This document shows positions 19,326-28,973 of a stretch of 64,000 nucleotides of DNA, piece by piece (position 1 is the first letter of the stretch; each line of letters begins with the position of its first letter). The translations under genes were made by a program, and so were the position numbers. The notes below the pieces were generated by a model. That model saw only the letters and a list, made by a program, of their open reading frames with translations. It did not search any database and had not been told where the DNA came from. The DNA comes from Chthonomonas calidirosea (GTDB lineage: Bacteria > Armatimonadota > Fimbriimonadia > Fimbriimonadales > Fimbriimonadaceae), in the NCBI GenBank assembly GCA_945859975.1, contig CAMAPH010000001.1, forward strand, positions 32,001 through 96,000, in the 5' to 3' direction.

Positions 19326-20090
19326 ATGAAAAATCGAGCGTTTACTCTCATCGAGCTTCTCGTCGTCATCGCCATCATCGCGATTCTCGCCGCCATCCTC
19401 TTCCCAGTCTTCGCCCAAGCCAAGGCCGCCGCCAAAAAGACCCAGTCGCTGAGCAACCTCAAGCAGATCGGGCTCGCCTGGCTGCTTTACGGCAACGACT
19501 ACGACGACACCATGATGCGCGTCGCTACCGGCTCCGCCGCTTCAGGCAAGGTGTTTTACTGGTGGGGCAGCTTCGACGGAGCTACCCTTAGAGAAAACGA
19601 GGGGCTGCTCTTTCCGTACACCAAGAACAAAGGAATTCAAACCGACCCGGCATTCCCGGAAACTCTGCGGACCACCGTAGGGCTGACCGGATATGGCTAC
19701 AACTACAACTATCTCAGCCCGACAGATTACGTTCCGCCGACCTACAACGAGGTGGCAAAGCCCGTGAACTATGGCGCGGTGGGATCGGTTGCCGACACCG
19801 TTGCTTTTGGTACATCTGCGCGGATGAGCTTTGGCCTGCCGCATCAGCTTGAGGGCAATACATACCTGGAGCCCCCGTCCAGCGAGTACCCAACCTTCCA
19901 CGGGCGGCATTTGAGCACCGGGTTAGTGGCATGGGCCGATGGGCACGCAACAGCATTCCGCCCGAAGCTACGACGCGGAACGTTCGGTTATGGTGGAGCC
20001 TACAACGAGTCCGAGTTCAACCCGGTCCAGCTCGGTGAGCTAGACCGAGACGGAGACTTTTCGACCGACGAACTGTTCGATCTCGAATAG
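19326..20090 (+). CDS. Prepilin-type N-terminal cleavage/methylation protein with C-terminal H-X9-DG motif (DUF1559-like)
   Basis: [52 protein letters not shown] at 19908-19943. True start ATG 19326 with a GAGG SD. Confidence 0.92.
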   Translation: MKNRAFTLIELLVVIAIIAILAAILFPVFAQAKAAAKKTQSLSNLKQIGLAWLLYGNDYDDTMMRVATGSAASGKVFYWWGSFDGATLRENEGLLFPYTKNKGIQTDPAFPETLRTTVGLTGYGYNYNYLSPTDYVPPTYNEVAKPVNYGAVGSVADTVAFGTSARMSFGLPHQLEGNTYLEPPSSEYPTFHGRHLSTGLVAWADGHATAFRPKLRRGTFGYGGAYNESEFNPVQLGELDRDGDFSTDELFDLE

Positions 20091-20092
20091 GA

Positions 20093-20515
20093 TCAGCGTC
20101 GCTCGACCGTGTCGATTCCGAGCTCCCAGAACCACACGGTCGAGTTTGCCGGCACTACCTTTTGGTAGGTTTCGTTCGTGCCCTTGCGGGTGACGCGAAT
20201 GCTGCAAACTCGATCGTTCGGAGAAGTGTTCACCACGTACGCCCGGTAAAGCGTGAATGAGGGCTGGACATCGAATCGAAGCTCTTGGATGCTCGGGTTG
20301 GAGCACCACTCAGGTTGGGAAGACAAAGTGCATTCCTGACCGGCACCTGGAACGCGATTGCTACGCGTGACGACGATTTGCGTGTTTGCCGAATCCGTGG
20401 TCGCGAAGTTGAGGGTCGTAGGGACGGCCTGAACAAACGAAGTGCCACCGCACCCAGATAGGGCCGAGACGGCAATAACTACTGACGTGAGCCAAAGAGG
20501 GTGAATGTTCTTCAT
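20093..20515 (-). CDS. Hypothetical lipoprotein
   Basis: Lipobox LSGC after a hydrophobic leader; beta-rich mature part. Confidence 0.75.
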   Translation of the reverse strand: MKNIHPLWLTSVVIAVSALSGCGGTSFVQAVPTTLNFATTDSANTQIVVTRSNRVPGAGQECTLSSQPEWCSNPSIQELRFDVQPSFTLYRAYVVNTSPNDRVCSIRVTRKGTNETYQKVVPANSTVWFWELGIDTVERR

Positions 20516-20619
20516 GTTTTCTCGATTGCGAATGGTACCAATGCGGATTATCTCCCATAGGACGTTGGCACCAGCTTTGCGCTACGTTCAAACCGTCCCC
20601 GAGGGTTCACAATCATTGA

Positions 20620-21951
20620 ATGTCCTCCGTTTTCCCTGGCCCGATCTCGCAACGCATGCTCACCGAGCTTTCCGAGTTTGTGATCGCCGAGCCATATCCC
20701 TTCGTCCTTGACATTTCGAAGGGGGACGGGATGTACTTGGAAACGGTGGACGGGCAGCGCCTGTTCGACTGGGCCGGATATTACGGCAGCAAGCTCATTG
20801 GCCACAACCACCCCGGCTTGTACGAGCCGGAGTACACCAAACGTCTTGTGGTGGCCGCCAACAATAAAGTCGCCAACCCAGACTTTCTAACGAAAGAATG
20901 CCTGGACTACTACCAGCTCCTCTACCGAATCGCGCCGGAGATCATGAAGAGCGACACGCTCGAAGTCTACGCGGTGAACTCCGGCGCAGAAGCGGTCGAA
21001 AACATGATGAAATATCTGGTTGCCAAGTTCAACCAGAAGCGAGCAAAGAAAGGTGGGCCGAGCGGACATCGCCGATTCCTCTACTTCGATAAAGCCTTTC
21101 ATGGCCGAACGGTTTTTGCTCTTGGTGTGACTCAAACCATTGACCCGGTTGCAACGAAAGACTTCCTTGGACTTACAACCACTGGCAACATTAAGTTGCC
21201 GTTCCCTTCGTACAGCAGCGATTTATCAGAAGAAGAGAACCTTCGCGCCGCCGAACATTCGCTTCAGCAAGTTGAAAGCGCACTATCGCTCATGAGCGAT
21301 GAAATCGTTGGAATCATCGTTGAGCCAATTCAAGGTGCGGGAGGTCACCGAGTAGCAATCCCTCAGTTCTTCCAGGGCCTCTCCGAACTCGCCCACAAGT
21401 ACGACGTGTACCTAGGCTTCGACGAGGTCCAAACTGGGCTTGGGGCAACCGGAAAGATGTGGGCGATAGATCACTTTGATCTTCCATACCCTCCCATGGC
21501 CATCGCGACCGGAAAGAAGTTCGGCAACGGCGTGGTTTATATGGTTGAACCACTCGAAGATGTCGGCGTTCTGGATTCAACCTGGGGAGGCTCCTTGGCT
21601 GATATGGTGCGTGTTGTTCGTGAATTCGAGATCCTTGAACAGGAAGACTTGATTTCTAAAGCGGCAATCAAAGGCGAGCTACTTGCCAAGGGATTAAGAG
21701 AACTTGTAAGCAAATACTTCCCAATGGTTCGGAACGTTCGTGGACTTGGCTTATATCAAGGGATATCTTTAGATTCAACGTCCCGAAAAGCGCGACTAAT
21801 CGACGTTGCACTGACCGAATATCAGACAATTTTACTAGGTGCAGGCTCAAGATCGATCCGTACCCGGCCAAATATGTCGGTCACGGAAGATGAAATTGCG
21901 CACTTCATCACAATTCTTGGCCAATCCATCGCAACGGTTCAGGACAACTAA
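20620..21951 (+). CDS. lat: Class-III aminotransferase, L-lysine 6-transaminase-like
   Basis: AANNKVAN, SGAEAVEN, AFHGRT, EPIQGAGG, FDEVQTG, GKK, STWGG. Substrate is inferred. Confidence 0.75.
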   Translation: MSSVFPGPISQRMLTELSEFVIAEPYPFVLDISKGDGMYLETVDGQRLFDWAGYYGSKLIGHNHPGLYEPEYTKRLVVAANNKVANPDFLTKECLDYYQLLYRIAPEIMKSDTLEVYAVNSGAEAVENMMKYLVAKFNQKRAKKGGPSGHRRFLYFDKAFHGRTVFALGVTQTIDPVATKDFLGLTTTGNIKLPFPSYSSDLSEEENLRAAEHSLQQVESALSLMSDEIVGIIVEPIQGAGGHRVAIPQFFQGLSELAHKYDVYLGFDEVQTGLGATGKMWAIDHFDLPYPPMAIATGKKFGNGVVYMVEPLEDVGVLDSTWGGSLADMVRVVREFEILEQEDLISKAAIKGELLAKGLRELVSKYFPMVRNVRGLGLYQGISLDSTSRKARLIDVALTEYQTILLGAGSRSIRTRPNMSVTEDEIAHFITILGQSIATVQDN

Positions 21952-22020
21952 CCTGCAAAAAATACCGTGTTTTGATACAGTCACAGAACCTTGGGCATTT
22001 TCTGACGATTATGCCAATGT

Positions 22021-23418
22021 ATGGTTAGAGAGCTTCTCGCCGCAGCAGTTTGCTGTACACCACTTTTTGCTTTTGCGCAACCGTCTGTTGTATTCCAAGT
22101 TGATGCGGAGGTTAGGGCCAACGCAGTAACGAGGACGTTACCGGTTACGACCAGTGATGCGGTTTCTTGGAGCCAGAGGGCGCAAGCATCCGTTTCGTAT
22201 AATTCAGGTAACGCTTACCTGGACCACGCAGTTCAGATCCTGAGTGCGGACGGCACGCTCTCGATCAAGCGATCCGCCCAAAACGTTTACAATCACGAGC
22301 TTCTTGCTCCGAACGTATCCAATACGACCAGCGATGTAGTCCGGGTTAAGGCCTTTGTGCGCGGCGCACCAGGAACGCCTTACTCGTTCTTCATCTCGAC
22401 AAACTCGTTTGCAACTCCCTCTACTTCCGCTGGTACCAGCACCGCTTCTACCACGGAATCGGCAACCGGAGCTTCCTCGTTCTCCTTCAATGCTGGTCGG
22501 AATTCGAGCTACGCACAAGGCGTGTCGACCTCCGAGACAATCACTCACATGGGTGAAACGTACTCGGCCGTTGATCTTTCTTGCAGCAGTGCCAGCAACA
22601 CCGCCTACAACTTCTCCAGCATCAATACGGTTTCCCCGTTCTATGCCAACAGTCGAGTGAGCGGAACCACTACGATCAAGCTGAAGAACTTGGCGTTCGA
22701 CGACATCATCCTCAACCTGGCGAGAGTTCAAGACACGAACAACCCTGATCGACCCAGCGTCGTCGTTGTGCCCGACATCAACTTGGATGAAATCCAGTAC
22801 ACGATCAACGGCATCACGTACACCCAACCTGGACCGTTCGCCGCGAACGTCGGACAAAAGGTCTTGATGCCAAACCTCAACGGCATCGCTCCTGGCGCTT
22901 ACACCGTTCAGTTCACCGGAACTCAAGGCGCTTTGACAACTGAAATCGCCTCCACGACGCTCGATACATCGGCCTTCAGCCAAACTCTGAATGCCACGCT
23001 TCAGCCTGTTTCTGGCTCTGCCGGGCCAGGGCAGCAAGGCGGAGGCGTTAACTCCTTCGCGGTGACGATCAGCGGATTCCGCCGAGCCTGGGGCCTACCG
23101 GGCACCATGGTCGATCGAAAGATCACCTCCTACTCTGCAGCCCTAAGTTCCAACTTCTTCGTTGGGCCAACTTTCTCGAGTAACTTGCAAGGAATCATCT
23201 CCGGTGCGACGTTTGGGGCACCAGCCACCTTTAATGCCGCAGGAACCGGCGGGAACAGTGGCGGACTGCTGACGATGACCTATGGCAGCCTGTACACCGT
23301 ATACGCAAAGTCTGGCAACGCAATTGAGTTCCGGTTGAGCGGAACCCGTAATGGCACCCCCTGGCTCTGGAATCCAGGCTCTACCTCGTACGGATCTGTA
23401 TCCGCTAACATCAACTAA
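22021..23418 (+). CDS. Secreted Ser/Thr/Asn-rich beta-strand hypothetical protein
   Basis: Signal peptide ending AFA-Q; 465-aa ORF with its own terminator; no recognised domain. Confidence 0.8.
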   Translation: MVRELLAAAVCCTPLFAFAQPSVVFQVDAEVRANAVTRTLPVTTSDAVSWSQRAQASVSYNSGNAYLDHAVQILSADGTLSIKRSAQNVYNHELLAPNVSNTTSDVVRVKAFVRGAPGTPYSFFISTNSFATPSTSAGTSTASTTESATGASSFSFNAGRNSSYAQGVSTSETITHMGETYSAVDLSCSSASNTAYNFSSINTVSPFYANSRVSGTTTIKLKNLAFDDIILNLARVQDTNNPDRPSVVVVPDINLDEIQYTINGITYTQPGPFAANVGQKVLMPNLNGIAPGAYTVQFTGTQGALTTEIASTTLDTSAFSQTLNATLQPVSGSAGPGQQGGGVNSFAVTISGFRRAWGLPGTMVDRKITSYSAALSSNFFVGPTFSSNLQGIISGATFGAPATFNAAGTGGNSGGLLTMTYGSLYTVYAKSGNAIEFRLSGTRNGTPWLWNPGSTSYGSVSANIN

Positions 23419-23426
23419 TCCACTCA

Positions 23427-23465
23427 CCTCCTTCGTTGCCTATGCAACGAAGGAGGATTTTCTTT
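23427..23465 (+). terminator. Rho-independent terminator
   Basis: CCTCCTTCGTTGC-ctat-GCAACGAAGGAGG then ATTTTCTTT. Confidence 0.8.
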
Positions 23466-23497
23466 GCGGCAGCCTCCAACTGGGTACCGTACTTGCC

Positions 23498-24604
23498 ATG
23501 AGCCCATTGAAGATTGGAATCGTCGGGTGCGGGAACATCAGCGGCATTTACTTCGAGAACCTTGGAAAGTACACCGCGACTTCGATTGTTGCAGTGGCAG
23601 ATTTGGACCTCGAGCGAGCCAAGCAAGCGGCAGAAAAGAACGGCATTCCGCTTGCCCTGAGCCCCGACGAGCTGATTGCCCATCCAGACGTGGACTTGGT
23701 GCTGAACCTCACGATTCCAAAGGCGCACGCCTCCGTTGCCCAAGCCGCCGTCGAAAACGGCAAGCATGTCTACAACGAAAAGCCGCTGACGGTAGACCTT
23801 GCTGAAGCGCAGCAGCTTCTTCAAACTGCCAAAGAAAAGGGCGTGCGAGTTGGCGGAGCTCCCGACACGTTCCTTGGCGGCGGACATCAAACCGCACGAG
23901 CCGCCATTGATCGCGGCGACATCGGCGAGCCGATTGGCTCCCACGCCTTCATGCTTTGCCATGGTCACGAGTCTTGGCACCCGTCGCCGGAGTTCTATTA
24001 CGAGCGCGGCGGTGGACCAATGCTAGACATGGGCCCGTACTATCTCACCGCTCTCGCCAACATGATCGGCTCGGTCAAGCGGGTCACCGGTTCAACGCGA
24101 ATCACGTTCCCCACCCGCACAATCACCAGCCAGCCAAAGCACGGCAAGGTCATCGAAGTCGAAACCCCGACCCATATCGCCGGAATCATGGACTTCCAAA
24201 ACGGCGCTGTCGGCGAAATCACCACCAGCTTTGATGTTTGGTACAGCAAGGTTCCTAGCATCATCGTTTACGGCACGGAGGGCTCACTCTTGGTTCCAGA
24301 CCCGAACGGTTTTGGTGGAGAGGTTCAGATTCGCCAGCGCGGCCAAGCCGAGTGGGAAGTTGTGCCTAACCTACATGGGTTCAACGGCAACTCTCGCGGA
24401 GTTGGCGTTCTTGATATGGCTATCGCGATCCGTGATGGTCGCCCTCACCGAGCCAGCGGCGAACTTGCCGGGCACGTGCTTGAGGTGATGCATGCCTTTG
24501 AACAAAGCAGCACGACATCTCAGCACATTTCTTTGAGTTCTGAGCTGGTTCGACCGGCGGCGCTTGGCGAAACCGAGCTTCACGAATTCCTTCCCGTTGG
24601 ATGA
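23498..24604 (+). CDS. Gfo/Idh/MocA family oxidoreductase
   Basis: IGIVGCGNIS, LNLTIP, HVYNEKP, GAPDTFLG, GGGPMLDMGPYY. Start ATG 23498. Confidence 0.93.
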   Translation: MSPLKIGIVGCGNISGIYFENLGKYTATSIVAVADLDLERAKQAAEKNGIPLALSPDELIAHPDVDLVLNLTIPKAHASVAQAAVENGKHVYNEKPLTVDLAEAQQLLQTAKEKGVRVGGAPDTFLGGGHQTARAAIDRGDIGEPIGSHAFMLCHGHESWHPSPEFYYERGGGPMLDMGPYYLTALANMIGSVKRVTGSTRITFPTRTITSQPKHGKVIEVETPTHIAGIMDFQNGAVGEITTSFDVWYSKVPSIIVYGTEGSLLVPDPNGFGGEVQIRQRGQAEWEVVPNLHGFNGNSRGVGVLDMAIAIRDGRPHRASGELAGHVLEVMHAFEQSSTTSQHISLSSELVRPAALGETELHEFLPVG

Positions 24605-24622
24605 ATGTAAACTGCCACTACT

Positions 24623-25747
24623 TTGGCTAGCGCATACACCCCGGGACTAACCGTAAGCGGTGACATCTTTGTACGTCGCCTTCGACGCCTTCCGATCAAA
24701 GGCGACGTACTCGTGAAAGTTGGTGACCACGTGGAACCCGATTCCGTGGTCGCCGTGGCCATGCTTCCGGGCGTGCTGCAAACCATGAAGATGGCCGACA
24801 AACTCGGCATCGAAGCCCGCGACGTCCCGTCCGTCTTCCCGCTGAAGCCCGGTGCGAAGGTCGCGAAAGGCGATGTCATCGCCGAAACCAAAGGCATGAT
24901 GGGCTTCTTCAAGACTAAGGTGGAAGCCGACTTTACCGGCACGATCGAATCCGTCTCCGAAGTCACCGGAAACGTGCTCATTCGAGAGCCATCGATCCCG
25001 GTCGAAATCAATGCATACATCAAGGGGCGGATCGTTGATGTGCTCCCAGATGAAGGCGCGATTGTCGAGACCCGAGCCGCCATGGTCCAGGGCATCTTCG
25101 GTGTTGGCGGCGAGCGCGTTGGAACCATCCGCGTTGCGGCGAACTCTCCTGAAAGCGTTCTAGAGGCCGATCACATCCACGAAAGCGACCGAGGCAAGAT
25201 TCTCATCGGCGGCGCGGGAATGGCGCTGAGCGCAATCAAGAAAGCCGCCAGCGTTGGTGTTATCGCCCTCGTTGCCGGCGGATTGCGAGACGAGGATCTG
25301 ATCAATTTCCTTGGCTACGACATCGGCGTAGCGATTACCGGCTCGGAAAACATTCCGCTCACCCTCGTCGTCACCGAAGGATTTGGCTACCTCAACATGG
25401 CGCAGCGCACCTTCGACCTCTTCCGATCTTTGGAAGGAAAGGAAGCCAGTGTCAATGGCGCCACTCAGATTCGTGCCGGCGTTATTCGACCGGAGGTCAT
25501 TGTCCCACTCCCGCTAGATCAGGCGGAGTCGGTCCGCGCCGCGGATGTCTTCGAACTGACGGTCGGAACCCCGATTCGAATGATCCGCGAACCGTACTTT
25601 GGCGAACTGGGAACGGTTACCGGACTTCCGGCGACTCTTCAGGTCCTCGAGTCAGGCACCGAAGTCCGTGTTCTCACCGCGAAGCTGCCTTCTGGCGAAG
25701 AAGTCACCGTTCCGCGAGCGAACGTCGAAATCATCGCCAGCAACTAA
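24623..25747 (+). CDS. Conserved hypothetical protein with barrel-sandwich-like repeats and a C-terminal KOW-like motif
   Basis: LVKVGDHVEPDSVVA and LKPGAKVAKGDVIAE repeats; VQGIFGVGGE; TEGFG; C-terminal VGTPIRMIREPYFGELGTV. Confidence 0.8.
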   Translation: MASAYTPGLTVSGDIFVRRLRRLPIKGDVLVKVGDHVEPDSVVAVAMLPGVLQTMKMADKLGIEARDVPSVFPLKPGAKVAKGDVIAETKGMMGFFKTKVEADFTGTIESVSEVTGNVLIREPSIPVEINAYIKGRIVDVLPDEGAIVETRAAMVQGIFGVGGERVGTIRVAANSPESVLEADHIHESDRGKILIGGAGMALSAIKKAASVGVIALVAGGLRDEDLINFLGYDIGVAITGSENIPLTLVVTEGFGYLNMAQRTFDLFRSLEGKEASVNGATQIRAGVIRPEVIVPLPLDQAESVRAADVFELTVGTPIRMIREPYFGELGTVTGLPATLQVLESGTEVRVLTAKLPSGEEVTVPRANVEIIASN

Positions 25748-25749
25748 GG

Positions 25750-27924
25750 CTAGTTTCGGAGCGCCGTCTTGTGCTCTATCATGTGGCGCAATCTGACTTG
25801 GCTCAGGTTGCGCTGACATAGATCGAGGAACTCGGACCGCTCCATCCGTAATGCGTTTTCGTACGAGTTCGTTTTTGCAAAAATCGCCTTCAGCCGATCC
25901 CCGATGACCTCGTCATATTCGGTCAGGTCACCCTTCGCCATTTTCTCTTTCTGCAGTCGGTCAATCATTCCGACCGTCGGGCCAACGACGTCCTTCCATT
26001 CGGGTCGCTGCGAAACCGTAACCTCGAGCGCCACTTGTTTCGCCTGCCACAGCAACCGATCTGGGTGGTAGCACGTCACGTCATCTGGGCCAAGGTAACC
26101 GAATGACCGGGCCTGATCCGCGTTGATGCTCGTCTTCCCTTCCGTTAAGGTTAAGCAAGCATCGGCGAGAGTTGCCGAGGTGGCTTGATGTCTCAGCCGC
26201 ATGAGAGTAACGCCACGTCCGCCTGGCAACAGCCCGACTTTCGATTCGGGTAGCCCGATCTGCGCATCCGCCGCCGCGACAATTCGACTGCAGGATCGAG
26301 CGAGTTCAAAGCCCGCGCCAAGACCATAGCCATGAATCGCCGCTACCGTTCGCCGCGCTTCAAGAAGCTCACCGAGGGTCTGCAAATCCTGCAGCGCGAC
26401 ATCGATGCTCGCCCAGTCTTCTTTCTGAATCGCGTCGTGGAAAAAGTTGAGATCAAAACCGACGCTGTACGCCTTTCCGGGCGTGGTGAGCACAAGCGGA
26501 GCGTCCGATTGGCTCGTGAGCCATCGCGACAGGCCCTCCACCAGGGCGGGGGTGATCAGCCCAAGCTTGGTTTTCAGGACAACCGCTCGAACGCCATCTC
26601 CCAAGTCTTGAACTCGGAAGGTCTCAAGCTCTTCGAGAACCGGCAAATCGGCGAGAGTCACGTATTCTGGTTGCGCAGCCGGTTCGACATATTCCCCGGT
26701 GAAGCTCCGAATCTTGCCTTCGGAATAGAACCTGACCGGCTCGACGCCAACCTGCTCTGCCCCGATGGCGTCGATCATCTCGAACGGCCCCATCTCCCAG
26801 CCAAAGCCCCACTTCATCACTTGGTCGAAGTCTTGCACTCCGTACGAGACCTCTTCTTTCACCACGTTGGCGTATCGCAGAATCGGTAGCAGGTACATCC
26901 GCAGGTACTCGCCGACTTCATCTTTCGCGGCGAGTCCAGATCGAAGTCGTTCGGCAAGAGGCAGTTTGCCGAACTCCGAGATGGATGGCAGTTCGGGCTC
27001 CATCCGCTCGCGATAGGTGTTCGTCACGAGATCGAATGAAAGCAGTTGCTTTCCGTCGCGTCGATAGTAACCCTGTCCGGACTTTTCGCCCAGGAATCCA
27101 CGAGCCATCAGTGAGTTGATCGATTCCGGTCGGTGCAAAACGCCTACGTGCGCATCGTTAACGCATCGCTGAATCAAGTTGCTCGCGATGTCCTCCATCA
27201 CGTCCAGCCCGACGAGGTCATTCAAACGGAACGTCCCGCTCTTGGGCCGGCCAATGAATGGTCCGGTAATGGCATCGACCTGCTCAACGGTCAGCCGAAG
27301 CTTTTCTGCGACATGGGTCGCAAGATACATGCACCACATTCCGTAGCGATTGGCAATAAAGCCAGGGGTGTCTTTGGCTGGCACAACCCTTCGCCCGACG
27401 GAATCTTCTAGGAACGCGGTCAAAGTCTGAACAACCGCAGGATCGGTCTCGGCGGTCGGAATCAGTTCAAGGAGCTTGAGATATCGTGGCGGATTAAAAA
27501 AATGTGTTCCAACAAATCGACGCCGAAAAGAGTCGGATCGGCCTTCGGCGAGGTGGGCGATCTCAAGGCCGCTTGTGTTCGTGGAAATGAATGCATCGTC
27601 CCGCAGATAGGGCTCGATCGATGCGTACAACTCCCGCTTGATCTCAAGCTTTTCGGCCACCGCCTCGACCACCCAATCCGCTTCAAGGATCCAGTTCGAG
27701 TTAAGGTCAACGCCGCCCAATCGAACCTGATTCGCTCGTTCGGGCAAGAAAAAGTGGGGAGGCTTCGCCATCTTGGCACGATCAAAGCCGACAACGGCGC
27801 GCTCCATGGTTTGGTCGAGCAAAGTGACCTTCAATCCCAGGTTGACCAAGTGGGCTGCAATCCCGCTTCCCATGGTTCCCGCACCAATGACGCACACGTT
27901 TCGGATGGAGTTGGGTTGGCTCAT
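25750..27924 (-). CDS. 3-hydroxyacyl-CoA dehydrogenase / enoyl-CoA hydratase (FadN-like)
   Basis: VIGAGTMGSGIA, STNTSG, THFFNPPRY, KDTPGFIANR; C-terminal crotonase (GLPESKVGLLPGG). Confidence 0.92.
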   Translation of the reverse strand: MSQPNSIRNVCVIGAGTMGSGIAAHLVNLGLKVTLLDQTMERAVVGFDRAKMAKPPHFFLPERANQVRLGGVDLNSNWILEADWVVEAVAEKLEIKRELYASIEPYLRDDAFISTNTSGLEIAHLAEGRSDSFRRRFVGTHFFNPPRYLKLLELIPTAETDPAVVQTLTAFLEDSVGRRVVPAKDTPGFIANRYGMWCMYLATHVAEKLRLTVEQVDAITGPFIGRPKSGTFRLNDLVGLDVMEDIASNLIQRCVNDAHVGVLHRPESINSLMARGFLGEKSGQGYYRRDGKQLLSFDLVTNTYRERMEPELPSISEFGKLPLAERLRSGLAAKDEVGEYLRMYLLPILRYANVVKEEVSYGVQDFDQVMKWGFGWEMGPFEMIDAIGAEQVGVEPVRFYSEGKIRSFTGEYVEPAAQPEYVTLADLPVLEELETFRVQDLGDGVRAVVLKTKLGLITPALVEGLSRWLTSQSDAPLVLTTPGKAYSVGFDLNFFHDAIQKEDWASIDVALQDLQTLGELLEARRTVAAIHGYGLGAGFELARSCSRIVAAADAQIGLPESKVGLLPGGRGVTLMRLRHQATSATLADACLTLTEGKTSINADQARSFGYLGPDDVTCYHPDRLLWQAKQVALEVTVSQRPEWKDVVGPTVGMIDRLQKEKMAKGDLTEYDEVIGDRLKAIFAKTNSYENALRMERSEFLDLCQRNLSQVRLRHMIEHKTALRN

Positions 27925-27961
27925 GCTTCTCTCGATTGTCCTACGTAAGAAGGGCTTTTAG

Positions 27962-27990
27962 TTGACGAGCCCTCGGGGGCCAGATATACT
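27962..27990 (+). promoter_or_regulatory. Sigma70-type promoter of infC-rpmI-rplT
   Basis: TTGACG-17 nt-TATACT. Confidence 0.8.
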
Positions 27991-28025
27991 CGATTCCTGC
28001 CGACAATTGGCACGAGGTTACGAAC

Positions 28026-28715
28026 ATCCAGAGATTTAGAAGAGACAATCGACCCGATCCGGGTCCTCCCGTCAACGAGCGTGTGCTCCGGTTCCGCGAA
28101 ATTCGTGTGGTTGATGCTGATAACAAGCAGCTTGGCATCATGCAAAGCCGAGCCGCGCTCACATTGGCCAGAGAACAAGGCCTCGACCTTGTGATGGTTT
28201 CCCCAAATGCTGATCCTCCCGTATGCCGAATCATCGACTACGGCAAGCATAAATACTTGGAATCGAAACTGGGAAATAACAAAAAGAAGCCCCAGCAAGA
28301 AGTAAAGGGTATAAAGATTAGTCCGCGTATTGCGGAAAACGATATCCAGACGAACGTCACTAAAGCAAGGAAGTTCATTGCTGAAGGCGACAAAGTCAAG
28401 GTGACGTGTATGTTCCGGGCCCGTGAGGTCACTCACCCTGAACTCGGGCGGCAAAAGTTGGACAGGTTCGCAGAACTTGTGGCAGATATCGCGATCGTCG
28501 AACGCGCTCCTCAAATGGAAGGACGAATGATGACCATGATTCTGCTCGCTAAGCCTTCCACCGGAGGACAGAAGAAGAAAGATGCCAAAGATCAAAACAA
28601 ACAAGACGGCGGCAAAGCGGTTCAAGATAACGGGAACCGGGAAGATCACCCGGCGGAAGACCCACAACAACCACCAGTTCCAACACAAGCGGAAGTCGGC
28701 GAGACGACGGCTTGA
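28026..28715 (+). CDS. infC: Translation initiation factor IF-3 (non-canonical ATC start)
   Basis: [36 protein letters not shown]; in-frame ATC at 28026 after a GAGG SD. Non-AUG starts are typical of infC. Confidence 0.93.
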   Translation: MQRFRRDNRPDPGPPVNERVLRFREIRVVDADNKQLGIMQSRAALTLAREQGLDLVMVSPNADPPVCRIIDYGKHKYLESKLGNNKKKPQQEVKGIKISPRIAENDIQTNVTKARKFIAEGDKVKVTCMFRAREVTHPELGRQKLDRFAELVADIAIVERAPQMEGRMMTMILLAKPSTGGQKKKDAKDQNKQDGGKAVQDNGNREDHPAEDPQQPPVPTQAEVGETTA

Positions 28716-28875
28716 GTCGGAACCGGAAGTGTTCCAGGGCGAGCAGAAGCGCATGCGCAGACTGCTCGTTTTGGGTCTGACCAAGAAGTCAAACCGCATT
28801 GCGAAAGCCCCCGTCGACAAGGTTGCTCAGTCTAACGAAGCCCGAGCAACTCTCTTGTCGATGCTTTCAGCGTAA
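28582..28875 (+). CDS. rpmI: 50S ribosomal protein L35 with C-terminal extension
   Basis: [21 protein letters not shown]; lies between infC and rplT. Confidence 0.95.
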   Translation: MPKIKTNKTAAKRFKITGTGKITRRKTHNNHQFQHKRKSARRRLESEPEVFQGEQKRMRRLLVLGLTKKSNRIAKAPVDKVAQSNEARATLLSMLSA

Positions 28876-28973
28876 TTGACCGAGGAAACTCGGTCCACGA
28901 TCTCTACCACTACCTCCCGGCCTTAGGCTGCAGGATGGGACCCGGTACGCAAACAAAGGAGAAACATTAATAT

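Noticed and set aside
27921..28820. 299-aa minus-strand ORF
   Set aside because: Antisense shadow of infC/rpmI.
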